64,000 bases of DNA, from contig JANNBN010000063.1 of NCBI GenBank assembly GCA_031385545.1, forward strand, positions 39,252-103,251. Direction: 5' to 3'. Shown here piece by piece: positions 29,120 to 38,368 of the stretch (the stretch's first letter is position 1; the number at the start of each line of letters is the position of its first letter). This DNA comes from Acidimicrobiia bacterium (lineage in GTDB: Bacteria; Actinomycetota; Acidimicrobiia; Acidimicrobiales; JANYDT01). Position numbers and translations under genes: made by a program. The notes below the pieces were generated by a model that worked only from the letters and a program-made list of their open reading frames with translations, had not been told where the DNA came from and made no database searches.

Positions 29120-31522
29120 ATGACTCGCCCAGCACCGCTACACCTCGGAGAATCCGTCGACCCCGTTGCACATCAGCGCACGGGTACGGCCATCACCCTC
29201 GACCCCGCATCGCTCACGACGCACGCGGTGATCGTCGGCCAGACCGGCTCCGGCAAGACCGGTCTGGGCATTGCGCTCATCGAAGAGGTGTTGCTTGGCG
29301 GGACCCCGGTCATCCTCATCGACCCGAAGGGCGACCTCACCAACCTCGCACTGCGGTTTCCGGGCCTCAGCCCCGCCGAGTTCACGCCTTGGGTCGAAGG
29401 CGGCGACCCCGCTGCCGTCGCCACGCAATGGAAGGACGGGTTGGCCGGATGGCAGATCGACGGGTCAGACATCACGGCACTGCAAGCGAAGTCCGACGTG
29501 GTGGTGTGGACGCCCGGCTCGTCTGCTGGCCGCGGGCTGAACCTCATTGGTTCCCTCCAGGCGCCGCGCAGTGCGTCAGACCCGGCAGCCCGGGCCGACG
29601 AAATAGCGGCATCGGTTGGTGGACTACTCCGGCTGGTCGGCATCGAGTCCGACCCGATGAGCGGACGCGAGCACATCTTCCTCGCAAACCTTGTCGAGCG
29701 GTCATGGGCAGCCGGGCAGGACCTCGGGCTTGATCAGTTGGTCGGCCAGGTCTTCGACCCGCCGTTCCGCAAAATGGGCGTCCTCGACCTCGATACGTTC
29801 TATCCGCCGAAGGATCGCTCGGAATTGGGCATGAAGCTCAACGGCCTGCTTGCGTCGCCTGCGTTCGCTGCGTGGGGCGAAGGTGAGGCGCTCGACATTG
29901 CTGCCATGCTGCACGACCCGGCAACGGGCAAGGCACGCGCCAGCGTGGTCACCATTTCGCACCTGTCCGACGAAGAGCGCCAATTCGCTGTTGCCAAGAT
30001 CCTCAGCGCGCTGATTACCTGGATGCGGGCGCAGTCCGGCACCACGTCGCTACGCGCTGTGCTCTACATCGACGAGGTCCTCGGTTACGTGCCGCCGAAC
30101 GGGAACCCGCCGACCAAGGCGCCCATTCTCACCCTGGTCAAACAGGCTCGCGCGTTCGGCGTCGGCGTGGTCCTTGCCACCCAGAACCCCGTCGACGTGG
30201 ACTACAAGGTTCTGTCCAACGCAACCACGTGGATGGTCGGCCGGCTGCAGACGGAACGAGACCGCGACCGGCTGCTCGACGGGATGCGTACTGCATCGGG
30301 TGCCACCGACATCGATCAGTTGGGCGCCACCATTTCCGGCCTGGCCAAGCGAGAGTTCATCCTGCAGCGCTCCGGCGCAGACAAGCCGCTGGTTTTCAAC
30401 TCGCGCTGGGCAATGTCATATCTTCGTGGTCCGCTCACCGGCTCGCAGATCAAAGAGCTCGGTCCGATGGGCGGGGTCGGAACACCCGCACCGGTGTCGG
30501 GTGCTGCAGCTGCGGGTGCCGCCACCTCCGGTTCTACCGGGTCCCCGGTCCCCGCTTCGGCACCATCCCGCGCCACCGCCGAGGATGAAACCACGATGGT
30601 TCCACCAGTTGCCGATGACGTGAAGCAGGGGTGGGTGGTGAGCGCCGCGCCGTGGTTGACGCAGGTCGGCGGCGCCCCCAACGGCACCACGTTTTCTCCC
30701 GCACTCGCCGTTCGGCTGAGCATGCTCTTCGACGACACCGCAGCTGAGCTGCGAGACGAGCAGGAGTGGGAGGCTGTCGTGCATCCGCTCACCCAGGTGA
30801 TCGATAGCGATTCGATCATCGCCGTCGACCACGACGACCGGGACCTCACCGAAGTCGCCCCTGTTGGAGCGGTGTACGTGCTGCCAGACGCCAGGATCGA
30901 CTCGGCGGCCTGGTTCAAGAGCGCTCAGACCCGCATCGTCGAGCATGCCGCAGCCAGCCGCACGATGACCTTGCAGCGCAACGAGGCATTGAAGGTGTGG
31001 TCACGCCCGGGCGAGACGCCCGAGCAATTCGCCGCCCGATGTGCACTGGCCGCCGAAGAGAAGGCCGACGCCGAGACGGCCAAGCTCCGGACGACGTTGG
31101 AGACGCGCGTCGACCGCATCAAGGACGCCATCGACGCAGCGGAACGCAAGATGGATCAGGCCCAGGAGGAACGCAAAGCGAGCCGCAACGAAGAGCTGCT
31201 TGCGGGCGCGGGCGATCTGCTCGGAGCGCTCTTCGGTGGGAAGAAGTCGACCCGGGGAATCGGCCGTGCGGTACGCGGCGCAAGTGGCCGCCGAGCCGAT
31301 ACAAGACGCGAAGGTGCACAGGCAGAGTCAGCTGCCTCGGCCCTCGCTGACAAGTCACAGGAGCTGGTCGAGCTGGAGCAGCAGTTGGCCGATCAGGTCT
31401 TCGAGATCGACGCCAGATGGAACACCGTCGCCAGCCAGATCACCGAACTGAGCATTCCCCTGGAGAAGACAGACGTGCGAGTGATCGACACCAAGCTGGT
31501 GTGGCTGCCCGTCAGCCGCTGA
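29120..31522 (+). CDS. HerA/YjgR-like (DUF87/DUF853-type) P-loop ATPase with long C-terminal extension
   Basis: Walker A VGQTGSGKTG, Walker B AVLYIDEV, and the block VLATQNPVDVDYKVLSNATTWMVGRLQ that resembles the HerA/YjgR ATQNPxD motif. After about residue 460 come a Gly/Ala/Ser/Pro linker, a ~150-aa domain and a charged coiled-coil-like tail. Length 800 aa. Confidence 0.8.
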   Translation: MTRPAPLHLGESVDPVAHQRTGTAITLDPASLTTHAVIVGQTGSGKTGLGIALIEEVLLGGTPVILIDPKGDLTNLALRFPGLSPAEFTPWVEGGDPAAVATQWKDGLAGWQIDGSDITALQAKSDVVVWTPGSSAGRGLNLIGSLQAPRSASDPAARADEIAASVGGLLRLVGIESDPMSGREHIFLANLVERSWAAGQDLGLDQLVGQVFDPPFRKMGVLDLDTFYPPKDRSELGMKLNGLLASPAFAAWGEGEALDIAAMLHDPATGKARASVVTISHLSDEERQFAVAKILSALITWMRAQSGTTSLRAVLYIDEVLGYVPPNGNPPTKAPILTLVKQARAFGVGVVLATQNPVDVDYKVLSNATTWMVGRLQTERDRDRLLDGMRTASGATDIDQLGATISGLAKREFILQRSGADKPLVFNSRWAMSYLRGPLTGSQIKELGPMGGVGTPAPVSGAAAAGAATSGSTGSPVPASAPSRATAEDETTMVPPVADDVKQGWVVSAAPWLTQVGGAPNGTTFSPALAVRLSMLFDDTAAELRDEQEWEAVVHPLTQVIDSDSIIAVDHDDRDLTEVAPVGAVYVLPDARIDSAAWFKSAQTRIVEHAAASRTMTLQRNEALKVWSRPGETPEQFAARCALAAEEKADAETAKLRTTLETRVDRIKDAIDAAERKMDQAQEERKASRNEELLAGAGDLLGALFGGKKSTRGIGRAVRGASGRRADTRREGAQAESAASALADKSQELVELEQQLADQVFEIDARWNTVASQITELSIPLEKTDVRVIDTKLVWLPVSR

Positions 31523-31532
31523 CGCGAGAAAC

Positions 31533-32711
31533 TTACGCAGCGGGTGCGGCGATGGGGTGCGGCATGCAGAGTTCGTCGTACTCGGCGATCTGCAGCAGTG
31601 CCGGGTCGATGGAACACGCCGGGCAATTGGGGTCGCGGCGCAGCTTGAACGTGCGGAAGCTCTGCTCGAGCGCATCGTATGTGAGCAGACGACCCACCAG
31701 CGAGTCACCGAGACCAAGCAACAGCTTGATGGCCTCCATCGCCTGCAGCGACCCAATGATGCCGGGCAGCACGCCGAGCACACCGGCCTCGGCGCACGAC
31801 GGGGCCAGCTCTGCGGGAGGTGGTTCTGGCAACATGCACCGGTAGCACGGGCCTTGGTACGGCTTGAACACCGAGACCTGGCCCTCGAACCGGAAAATGG
31901 CACCCATCACCACCGGCACGTTCTTTTTGAGCGACGCATCGTTCAGCAGATAGCGGGTGGGAAAGTTGTCGGTGCCGTCGACCACCAAGTCGTAGCCGTC
32001 GATGATGTCGAGCACGTTGTCGGCACCAAGGCGCACGTCGTAGGTGACCACGTTGACGTCCGGGTTGAGCAGCGTGAGCGTCTTCTTCGCGCTGTCAACC
32101 TTGCGGTCGCCGACGCGGTCGATGTTGTGCAGGATCTGGCGCTGCAGGTTGGAGAAGTCGACCACGTCCATGTCGATCACGCCGATTGTACCGACACCGG
32201 CCGCAGCGAGATAGAGCGAAGCCGGTGAGCCGAGGCCACCGGCACCCAGCATGAGCACCTTGGACTCCAGCAGCTTCTGCTGGCCCTTTTCGCCCACTTC
32301 GGGAAGCAGCAGGTGGCGCTGGTAACGGTTGCGTTGCTCGGCCGACAGGGTGGCCGGTACCCGCCACGCCCGCCCCTCGTTCTTCCACTTGCCGAACCCA
32401 CCGGCGACCGACAGCACATTGGTGTAGCCAAGCTCGCCGAGGGTCTTGGCCGCGAACGCGCTGCGAACACCGCCGGCGCAATAGACGACGACGGTTGCGT
32501 CGTGGTCGGCGATGCGGTTCTCGACCTGTGCCTCGAGGTGGCCGCGCGGGATGTGCACCACGTTGAGCAGCGCACCCTGCTCGTACTCATCGGGCTCTCG
32601 CACGTCGAGTACGACGGTGCCGGGGCGGGCGATGGCTGCTTCAGCCGCAGCGGTGTCGATTTCGGTGATCTCGGACTTCGCAGAGGCGAGCAGGTCGCGG
32701 AACGTTGCCAT
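31533..32711 (-). CDS. Rhodanese-ThiF/MoeB (E1-like) adenylyltransferase/sulfurtransferase, MoeZ-like but with the rhodanese domain N-terminal
   Basis: Residues ~25-115 form a rhodanese domain with active-site loop YCAGGVRS. They are followed by a ThiF/MoeB domain (GAGGLGSP, NLQRQILH, CxxC...CPAC zinc motifs). Length 392 aa. Confidence 0.9.
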   Translation of the reverse strand: MATFRDLLASAKSEITEIDTAAAEAAIARPGTVVLDVREPDEYEQGALLNVVHIPRGHLEAQVENRIADHDATVVVYCAGGVRSAFAAKTLGELGYTNVLSVAGGFGKWKNEGRAWRVPATLSAEQRNRYQRHLLLPEVGEKGQQKLLESKVLMLGAGGLGSPASLYLAAAGVGTIGVIDMDVVDFSNLQRQILHNIDRVGDRKVDSAKKTLTLLNPDVNVVTYDVRLGADNVLDIIDGYDLVVDGTDNFPTRYLLNDASLKKNVPVVMGAIFRFEGQVSVFKPYQGPCYRCMLPEPPPAELAPSCAEAGVLGVLPGIIGSLQAMEAIKLLLGLGDSLVGRLLTYDALEQSFRTFKLRRDPNCPACSIDPALLQIAEYDELCMPHPIAAPAA

Positions 32712-32769
32712 GTGGCCATCCTACGCCAAAACCCGACTCAATTAGTCGGGTATTAGGCTCGTGCCTGCT

Positions 32770-32806
32770 CGTGCACGAAATCGGTCTCAGACCGATTTCG
32801 TTCACG
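32770..32806 (-). terminator. REP-like hairpin CGTGCACGAAATCGGTC-TCA-GACCGATTTCGTTCACG downstream of the sirtuin gene (family member 1; see 59397-59431)
   Basis: 12-bp perfect stem plus 4 outer pairs, 15 nt after the cobB stop. It shares TGCACGAAATCGGT with the reverse complement of 59397-59431. Confidence 0.6.
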
Positions 32807-32820
32807 ATGTGCCGGACCGG

Positions 32821-33585
32821 CTACCGCTCGACGAGGCGCGGCAGCACCTCAGCGATCTGACCCCGCACCACCGCCGTCGCCAACCGGTCCATCTCGGTGG
32901 GCTCGGCGTTCAAGATCACGATCGGGATTCCTGCCCGGTATGCAGCGGGGACCATTTGGTTGACCGGTCCAACCGCAAGCGTGGTGCCGATTGCGAGCAG
33001 CAGGTCACAGTCGGCGGCCGCTGCGAACGCCCGGTCAAGGTCTTCGGCCACCAGGCTTTGACCGAAGCTGATGGTGGCCGACTTCACCACTCCGCCGCAT
33101 TCCGGACACGCTGGGTCAACTTCACCGGCACGGACACGCTCGATGAACACAGCCATCGGCCACTGCTGCTTGCAGTCCCAGCACAGCGCGCGGCGCATCG
33201 TCCCGTGGACTTCGATCACACACCCGGGCGAGTTACCCGCATGCTGATGCAGTTCGTCGATGTTCTGCGTCACCAGCGTGTGCAGCCGACCCTGCCGTTC
33301 CAACTCGACCAGAGCCTGATGACCTGCGTTTGGCTGCGCATCCCAGGCCGGCGAGTGCAATCTGGTCTGCCACGCGATCTGGCGGACCTCAGGATCGTTC
33401 AGATAGTGCTGAAGTGACGAGGTCCGCTCGGCTTTCGGGTTGCGGGTCCACACGCCGTTCGGTCCTCGGTAGTCCGGGATGCCCGAATCGGTCGATATCC
33501 CAGCACCGGTCAGCGCAACGACACGGCGAGCCTGCTGCATCGCCGCCAGCGCCAGTTCAAGGGAAGGGTCCACGGCCTGCACCAC
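32821..33585 (-). CDS. cobB: NAD-dependent protein deacylase (sirtuin)
   Basis: GAGISTDSGIPDYRG, TQNIDELH, Zn ribbon CWDC...CPECGG, GTTLAVGP. This is a canonical short bacterial Sir2. Confidence 0.92.
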   Translation of the reverse strand: MVQAVDPSLELALAAMQQARRVVALTGAGISTDSGIPDYRGPNGVWTRNPKAERTSSLQHYLNDPEVRQIAWQTRLHSPAWDAQPNAGHQALVELERQGRLHTLVTQNIDELHQHAGNSPGCVIEVHGTMRRALCWDCKQQWPMAVFIERVRAGEVDPACPECGGVVKSATISFGQSLVAEDLDRAFAAAADCDLLLAIGTTLAVGPVNQMVPAAYRAGIPIVILNAEPTEMDRLATAVVRGQIAEVLPRLVER

Positions 33586-33762
33586 ACGCTTCTAGCACCA
33601 TCTCCTCCACTGAGCAGATTTTCGTTGCAGTATTCGAATAACATGAAATACATTGATGCACACCATCAAATCGCTCCGCGAACCACTTCCTCCGCTCGTC
33701 GTCACGTCACCTCGGTACCTCCGGGGTGGCGCGCGCCAACCTTCTTCGAACGGAGAACCTTC

Positions 33763-34425
33763 ATGTCAATTTCACTGTCCCACCTCGATCAACCGGACGA
33801 GGCCAACAAGGCCAACGTGGCCAACGTGGCCAACGTGGCCGTCCTTGCCCTACCCGACCCATCCGCGGCGGCAATCCCTACCGCAGCGCCATCGCCGGTC
33901 ACGCATCTGGAACAGACCGGCCCCCGGCTCCACACCGTCGAGCCGGGGTTCCTGTTCTCCCCCGACGCAACCGTGATCCAGGTCAACCCGTGGCGTGACC
34001 CCTTCATCGAGCAGATCGGCCACGACCCGCGCGGCGACTACGTCGAACGCTTCTGGCTCGCCGTCCTCGGGCCCAGCACCACCTGGTTCGTCCGCAGCCT
34101 GTCGTGGGGGTTCTCAGCCTCACCGGAAGGGTTCGCACTCGATCTTCCCGCCACTGCTCGCGCACTCGGCATCAGTGAACGAATGGGCCGCAACAGCCCG
34201 TTCGTGCGGGCCATCACGAGGGCCTGCCAGTTCGACCTGGCGGCAGTCGATGGTGTTCACCCGTCCGGCCGCACGATCCTACGTGCGCGTACTACCTTAC
34301 CGTGGTTGTCACGTCGCCTCGCAGCGACGTTGCCGCCAACGCTGCGCGCCGAGCACCAACTGTGGATCGACGCGTCGGCAGTCGACGCCGCAGAGCGCCG
34401 ACGCGTTGCGATGACCGCTTCGTAA
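33763..34425 (+). CDS. Hypothetical protein (220 aa) with N-terminal ANKANVANVANV repeat
   Basis: The start is set at ATG 33763, preceded by GGAGA at -11. The conserved-looking core YVERFWLAVLGPSTTWFVRSLSW...LDLPATARALGI suggests a possible wHTH. I do not recognise a family. Confidence 0.6.
   Translation: MSISLSHLDQPDEANKANVANVANVAVLALPDPSAAAIPTAAPSPVTHLEQTGPRLHTVEPGFLFSPDATVIQVNPWRDPFIEQIGHDPRGDYVERFWLAVLGPSTTWFVRSLSWGFSASPEGFALDLPATARALGISERMGRNSPFVRAITRACQFDLAAVDGVHPSGRTILRARTTLPWLSRRLAATLPPTLRAEHQLWIDASAVDAAERRRVAMTAS
33802..33837 (+). repeat. 9-bp tandem repeat (GCCAACAAG, then GCCAACGTG x3) inside the hypothetical gene
   Basis: Read directly. It is in frame and encodes ANK-ANV-ANV-ANV. 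Confidence 0.9.
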
Positions 34426-34501
34426 CCCGACAGCAGCCCGACGTAAGCCGACGACAGCCTGAAAGCTGCCTGACAACTACCTGACCGCGGACAAACGTCC
34501 C

Positions 34502-35983
34502 CTACGGTTTCGAGAACCCGCGGACCAGCTCCACCAGCGTGCGCAAACCGGCGCCGGTGCCGCCACGGGGTCCGAACTCGTGGGGGGCATCGGCCCAGGC
34601 CGTGCCGGCGATGTCGAGGTGCACCCACGGCACGCCGGCCACGAACTCCTGCAGGAAGAGCGCCGCGGCGATGGACCCTGCTTGGCCCGGCATGCCGATG
34701 TTCTTCATGTCTGCCACGTCGGAATCGATGTGGCGACGGTAGGGGGCCCACACGGGCAGCTCCCATACCGGCTCGCCAGCACGCTTCGCCGCGTCCTTGA
34801 CCTGCCCCGAGAACGACTCGTTGTTTCCGAACAGCCCCGTGATCTCTTTGCCGAGCGCAACGATGATCGCCCCGGTGAGCGTTGCCAGGTCGATGATTGC
34901 ATCGGGCTTGTCCTCAACCGCAAGGCTGAGGCCGTCGGCGAGCACCAGCCGGCCCTCGGCGTCGGTGTTGAGAATCTCGAACGACTTGCCATTGCGCGCA
35001 ACGTGCACATCGCCCGGCTTGGTGGCACGTTCGCCCGGCAGGTTCTCGGTGAGGCAGCAATACCCGACGACCCGGATGCTGGGCTGCAAGGCAGCGAGAA
35101 TGGTGAACAGCCCGAGCGTTGTCGCTGCCCCGGCCATGTCGCACTTCATGGTCATCATGGCGTCGGCCGGCTTCAGCGACAGGCCGCCGGAATCGAACGT
35201 GATGCCCTTGCCGACAACAGCCAAGCTGGGAAGCGACTTCGCTGACTTCAGCCCACCTGCGCGTGTGCCGCCGACGCCGTACCCCTGCGGAACATATTCG
35301 AAACGCACCAGGCGAGGAGGTTCAAGCCCGCCCTGCGACACGCCCAGCAGACCGCCCAGACGCTCGTCTGCGATGCGGTGCTCGTCCCACACCTCGACCG
35401 CGAACCCGGAGCCGTCGGCCGCCTCGACGGCGCGCTCCGCGAAGATGCGCGGCGTGAGATTGGCCGGTGGCAGATTCACCAGGTCGCGGACCATCGAAGT
35501 GGCTTCAGCGATGCGGCGGCCCACCCCGGCGCCCTCCTTCGCCGCCCGGCTGCCGACAGGGTCGAGAACCACCGACTGCAGTCGGCTGACACCGTCGGCC
35601 ACGGGCTTGCCGGAGTAGGTGTACGTCACCGCAAGTGCACCTTCGACAATGGCTTGAGCTTCCGCACGTTTGTCCAGTTTCGACACACCCAGCAGGTCGA
35701 GTTGCACGGAGTTCTCGTGCACGGCCGCCCTGGTCGCAACAGCTGCAGCGCTGCGAATTCGATCCGCATCGACGCTGGAAGCGTCACCGAGCCCCACGAA
35801 GATCCGCGTCTGGCTGCCTGGTACGACCAGCACTTGACCGGGCTTGGCGGAAAACCCTCGCTTCGCCATGACCGCAGCGGTCAGCCCCGGAACTGCAGCG
35901 GGTTTTCCCGTGCGGTCGGTGGTCACGCCGGTTGCAACGGCAGCCCCGCGGGGAGCTGGTCCAAGGATCAGTTCGACAGACAT
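34502..35983 (-). CDS. pepA: Leucyl aminopeptidase (M17)
   Basis: VGKGITFDSGGLSLKP and NTDAEGRLVLAD signature motifs. Length 493 aa. Confidence 0.93.
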   Translation of the reverse strand: MSVELILGPAPRGAAVATGVTTDRTGKPAAVPGLTAAVMAKRGFSAKPGQVLVVPGSQTRIFVGLGDASSVDADRIRSAAAVATRAAVHENSVQLDLLGVSKLDKRAEAQAIVEGALAVTYTYSGKPVADGVSRLQSVVLDPVGSRAAKEGAGVGRRIAEATSMVRDLVNLPPANLTPRIFAERAVEAADGSGFAVEVWDEHRIADERLGGLLGVSQGGLEPPRLVRFEYVPQGYGVGGTRAGGLKSAKSLPSLAVVGKGITFDSGGLSLKPADAMMTMKCDMAGAATTLGLFTILAALQPSIRVVGYCCLTENLPGERATKPGDVHVARNGKSFEILNTDAEGRLVLADGLSLAVEDKPDAIIDLATLTGAIIVALGKEITGLFGNNESFSGQVKDAAKRAGEPVWELPVWAPYRRHIDSDVADMKNIGMPGQAGSIAAALFLQEFVAGVPWVHLDIAGTAWADAPHEFGPRGGTGAGLRTLVELVRGFSKP

Positions 35984-36158
35984 TTTGCTCGATTCAGGTG
36001 GAGGGTTGCGCTGCCCGGAAGTCCGGACCGTGAGGGCGCGCGTGGGGGAAGTATCGGCACTGCCGATGCACTAGTTGAGCAGAAGTTGAGCCAACGTTCA
36101 GCTTCGACGGCGACCCGGGCGGTGCAGAACACGACCAGACTCACGGACTGCGTTCGAG

Positions 36159-36698
36159 CTACTTGACGGCGCGCGCTGGCAGTGTTTCGCCGTCCTGCCA
36201 CCGCGCCATGGTCCACAGCAGATCAGACAGGCGATTGAGATACGGAAGCACCAACGATCCGTCGACCGTAGCCACCATGGACGTGCGCTCCGCCCTGCGC
36301 ACGACCGTGCGAGAGACGTCCAGCAATGCAGACAACCGGCTTTGACCGGGCACAACGAATTCGGTGATGGCGGGGTACTTCGGAGTGATCTCGTCGATCA
36401 GCGTTTCGAGATGATCGACCATTGCCTGTGTCACGCGGGACTTGCCGTCGACCAGCTTGCGATGGTTGTCGGGTTCGGTCGCAAGTTCGGCCATCAGCAC
36501 CCAGAGGTCTCGTTCGAGGTGCACCAGGATGTCGTCGAGTTCCCCGCCCCGCGCAGTCTCGGCGCGTGCCAACCCGATGAAGGATTGCGCTTCGTCGACA
36601 TCGCCGTACGCCATTGGACCGACATCGTTCTTCTGCACCCTGCCCCCGTACAGCAGGCCCGTGGTGCCGTCGTCGCCGGCTTTGGTATAGATCTTCAT
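36159..36698 (-). CDS. PduO-type ATP:cob(I)alamin adenosyltransferase
   Basis: MKIYTKAGDDGTTGLLYGGRV N-terminus is diagnostic for the PduO-type family. The start is set at that Met (36698), giving 179 aa. Confidence 0.9.
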   Translation of the reverse strand: MKIYTKAGDDGTTGLLYGGRVQKNDVGPMAYGDVDEAQSFIGLARAETARGGELDDILVHLERDLWVLMAELATEPDNHRKLVDGKSRVTQAMVDHLETLIDEITPKYPAITEFVVPGQSRLSALLDVSRTVVRRAERTSMVATVDGSLVLPYLNRLSDLLWTMARWQDGETLPARAVK

Positions 36699-36709
36699 GC
36701 CACGCGACG

Positions 36710-38368
36710 CTACTGGCACGCGTTCGATGCAGGTAAGCGGCCGGTCAGCAGGAACACCGACCCGGCTTCGTTGGCACATGCGTTGTTGGACATCACGCCA
36801 TGCGCAGCACCCGCGATTTCGACATAGACACTTCCAGGCCATTGCCCGGCCACCTTGCGCGTACCGATTGCCGGAGTGACGTTGTCGTTGATCGAGCCGA
36901 AGAACACGATCGGTGGCACGCCAGGCTTTGGCGACGGCTGTGGCCTGGTGTCGGTCTGATTGCCCCAATACACACACGCCTGGGTGCCCGAAGCGTTGGC
37001 GGCCGACGCGCTGAAGTGTGGTGCCTTTGCAGTGAGGATGGCGAGCTTGGCCGCTGGCGAGTCCTTCGACGCTGACGAATGGAAGCCTTCGTAGCAGGCC
37101 ACCTGGTAGTACATCCCGTCCCCGTCAGGATCGTTCAACAGATCGTTGACGCTGGGGATGGCGCTGTCGAACAATCGCGCGAGCTCGGTGACGGCTGCTG
37201 CGTTGTTGCGTTCGAACTCGACCAACAACCGCGCCAGGGTGGTCTCCAGTGCCGAACGGACAAGTGCGAACGTGGCCGATTCGAGCGTCGCACGATCCAG
37301 GACGAACTGGCCGTCGCGCAAGGGACTCGACTGCAACTTTGCCAGCAGCGCCTCGTAACGAGCCAGCGAATTGGGGCCGAACACGCAGGTTCGGTTGCTT
37401 GCACACCGTGACATGAAGTTGGTCACCCGAGCCTCGTACACCGCGTACTGGCCGGCGGTCAGCTCGATGGCCCGCAGCACTGGATCGACCGCAGAGTCGA
37501 TCATGAAACGACCCACTCGATCGGGGAACAGATCGGCGTAGACAAGACCGAGATACGTGCCGTACGAGACACCGAGGTAGTTGAGCTTCGGTTCGCCGAG
37601 CGCAATGCGGATCTGTTCCATGTCACGCGCGGTGTTGGCCGTGGTGATGGTGGGCAGCAGCTCCGGTTGGCGGTTCGCGCAGGCGTCGCGGACCGCGTCG
37701 ATGTACTGCTTGGACGTGCGCGAATCACGGTCTCGGGTCGAGGCGCACGACAGGGGCGTGCTGCGCCCGATGCCACGGGGGTCGAACCCGATGATGTGGA
37801 ACTGCTCTCGAGCTGCTGGAGTGAATAGCTTCGGGCGGTTAGCCAGGAACTCGATGCCGGAACCGCTGGGGCCTCCCGGATTGATCAGCACACTTCCAAT
37901 TGGTGAAGCACCGGTGGCCCGCGCCCGCTGCAACGCGATGGAGATCTTGGGCCCGGCCGGGTCGTCGTAGCTGCGAGGCACGTCGAGCGTCGCACACTCG
38001 AACGTGGCGCAGGGGGTCCAGGCCAGCGTTGAGGTCGGCCGAGGGGCAACAGCAACGGTGGAAGTGGACGAACCGGTCGGGATGGTGTCCGGTGCCAACG
38101 TCGAGGTGGAACCCTGAAAGGGTTGCGACGTTGTCGGGGCGACGCGCGGTGAAATGGGTCTGGCCACCGTTTTCGCAACGGTCTTCCTCACCGCTGGCTT
38201 CGTTGTCCGAGTGACCTTCTTGGCGGTCGTCCTGGCGGTCGCCTTTCTGCTCGTCTTGGTCGTGCGAACCGCAGCGGAAGCTCCATGGACAGGGGTCTGG
38301 AGCGCGACCAACGTGAGAGCGAGGCCAGCAACGCCGACGAAACGCAAAAAATTCGGTGGTCGGTTCAT
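36710..38368 (-). CDS. Secreted alpha/beta hydrolase, tripeptidyl-aminopeptidase (Streptomyces Tap / S33)-like
   Basis: Signal peptide; INPGGPSGSG; nucleophile elbow GVSYGTYLG; C-terminal TAP-like block FFGSINDNVTP. The N-terminal mature region is K/R/T-rich (TKTSRKATARTTAKKVTRTTKPAVRKTVAKTV). Confidence 0.85.
   Translation of the reverse strand: MNRPPNFLRFVGVAGLALTLVALQTPVHGASAAVRTTKTSRKATARTTAKKVTRTTKPAVRKTVAKTVARPISPRVAPTTSQPFQGSTSTLAPDTIPTGSSTSTVAVAPRPTSTLAWTPCATFECATLDVPRSYDDPAGPKISIALQRARATGASPIGSVLINPGGPSGSGIEFLANRPKLFTPAAREQFHIIGFDPRGIGRSTPLSCASTRDRDSRTSKQYIDAVRDACANRQPELLPTITTANTARDMEQIRIALGEPKLNYLGVSYGTYLGLVYADLFPDRVGRFMIDSAVDPVLRAIELTAGQYAVYEARVTNFMSRCASNRTCVFGPNSLARYEALLAKLQSSPLRDGQFVLDRATLESATFALVRSALETTLARLLVEFERNNAAAVTELARLFDSAIPSVNDLLNDPDGDGMYYQVACYEGFHSSASKDSPAAKLAILTAKAPHFSASAANASGTQACVYWGNQTDTRPQPSPKPGVPPIVFFGSINDNVTPAIGTRKVAGQWPGSVYVEIAGAAHGVMSNNACANEAGSVFLLTGRLPASNACQ

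Noticed and set aside
29120-33585. A possible SIR2-HerA-type anti-phage system, with a HerA-like ATPase within 2 kb of a Sir2 gene and an E1-like enzyme between them.
   Set aside because: The ATPase is on the opposite strand and convergent with the other two genes. The Sir2 protein is a canonical short sirtuin deacylase with an intact Zn ribbon and NAD motifs (CobB-type), and it has its own terminator hairpin. The E1-like protein is a standard MoeB/ThiF-rhodanese sulfurtransferase. No operon structure links them. The ATPase is kept as a stand-alone finding.
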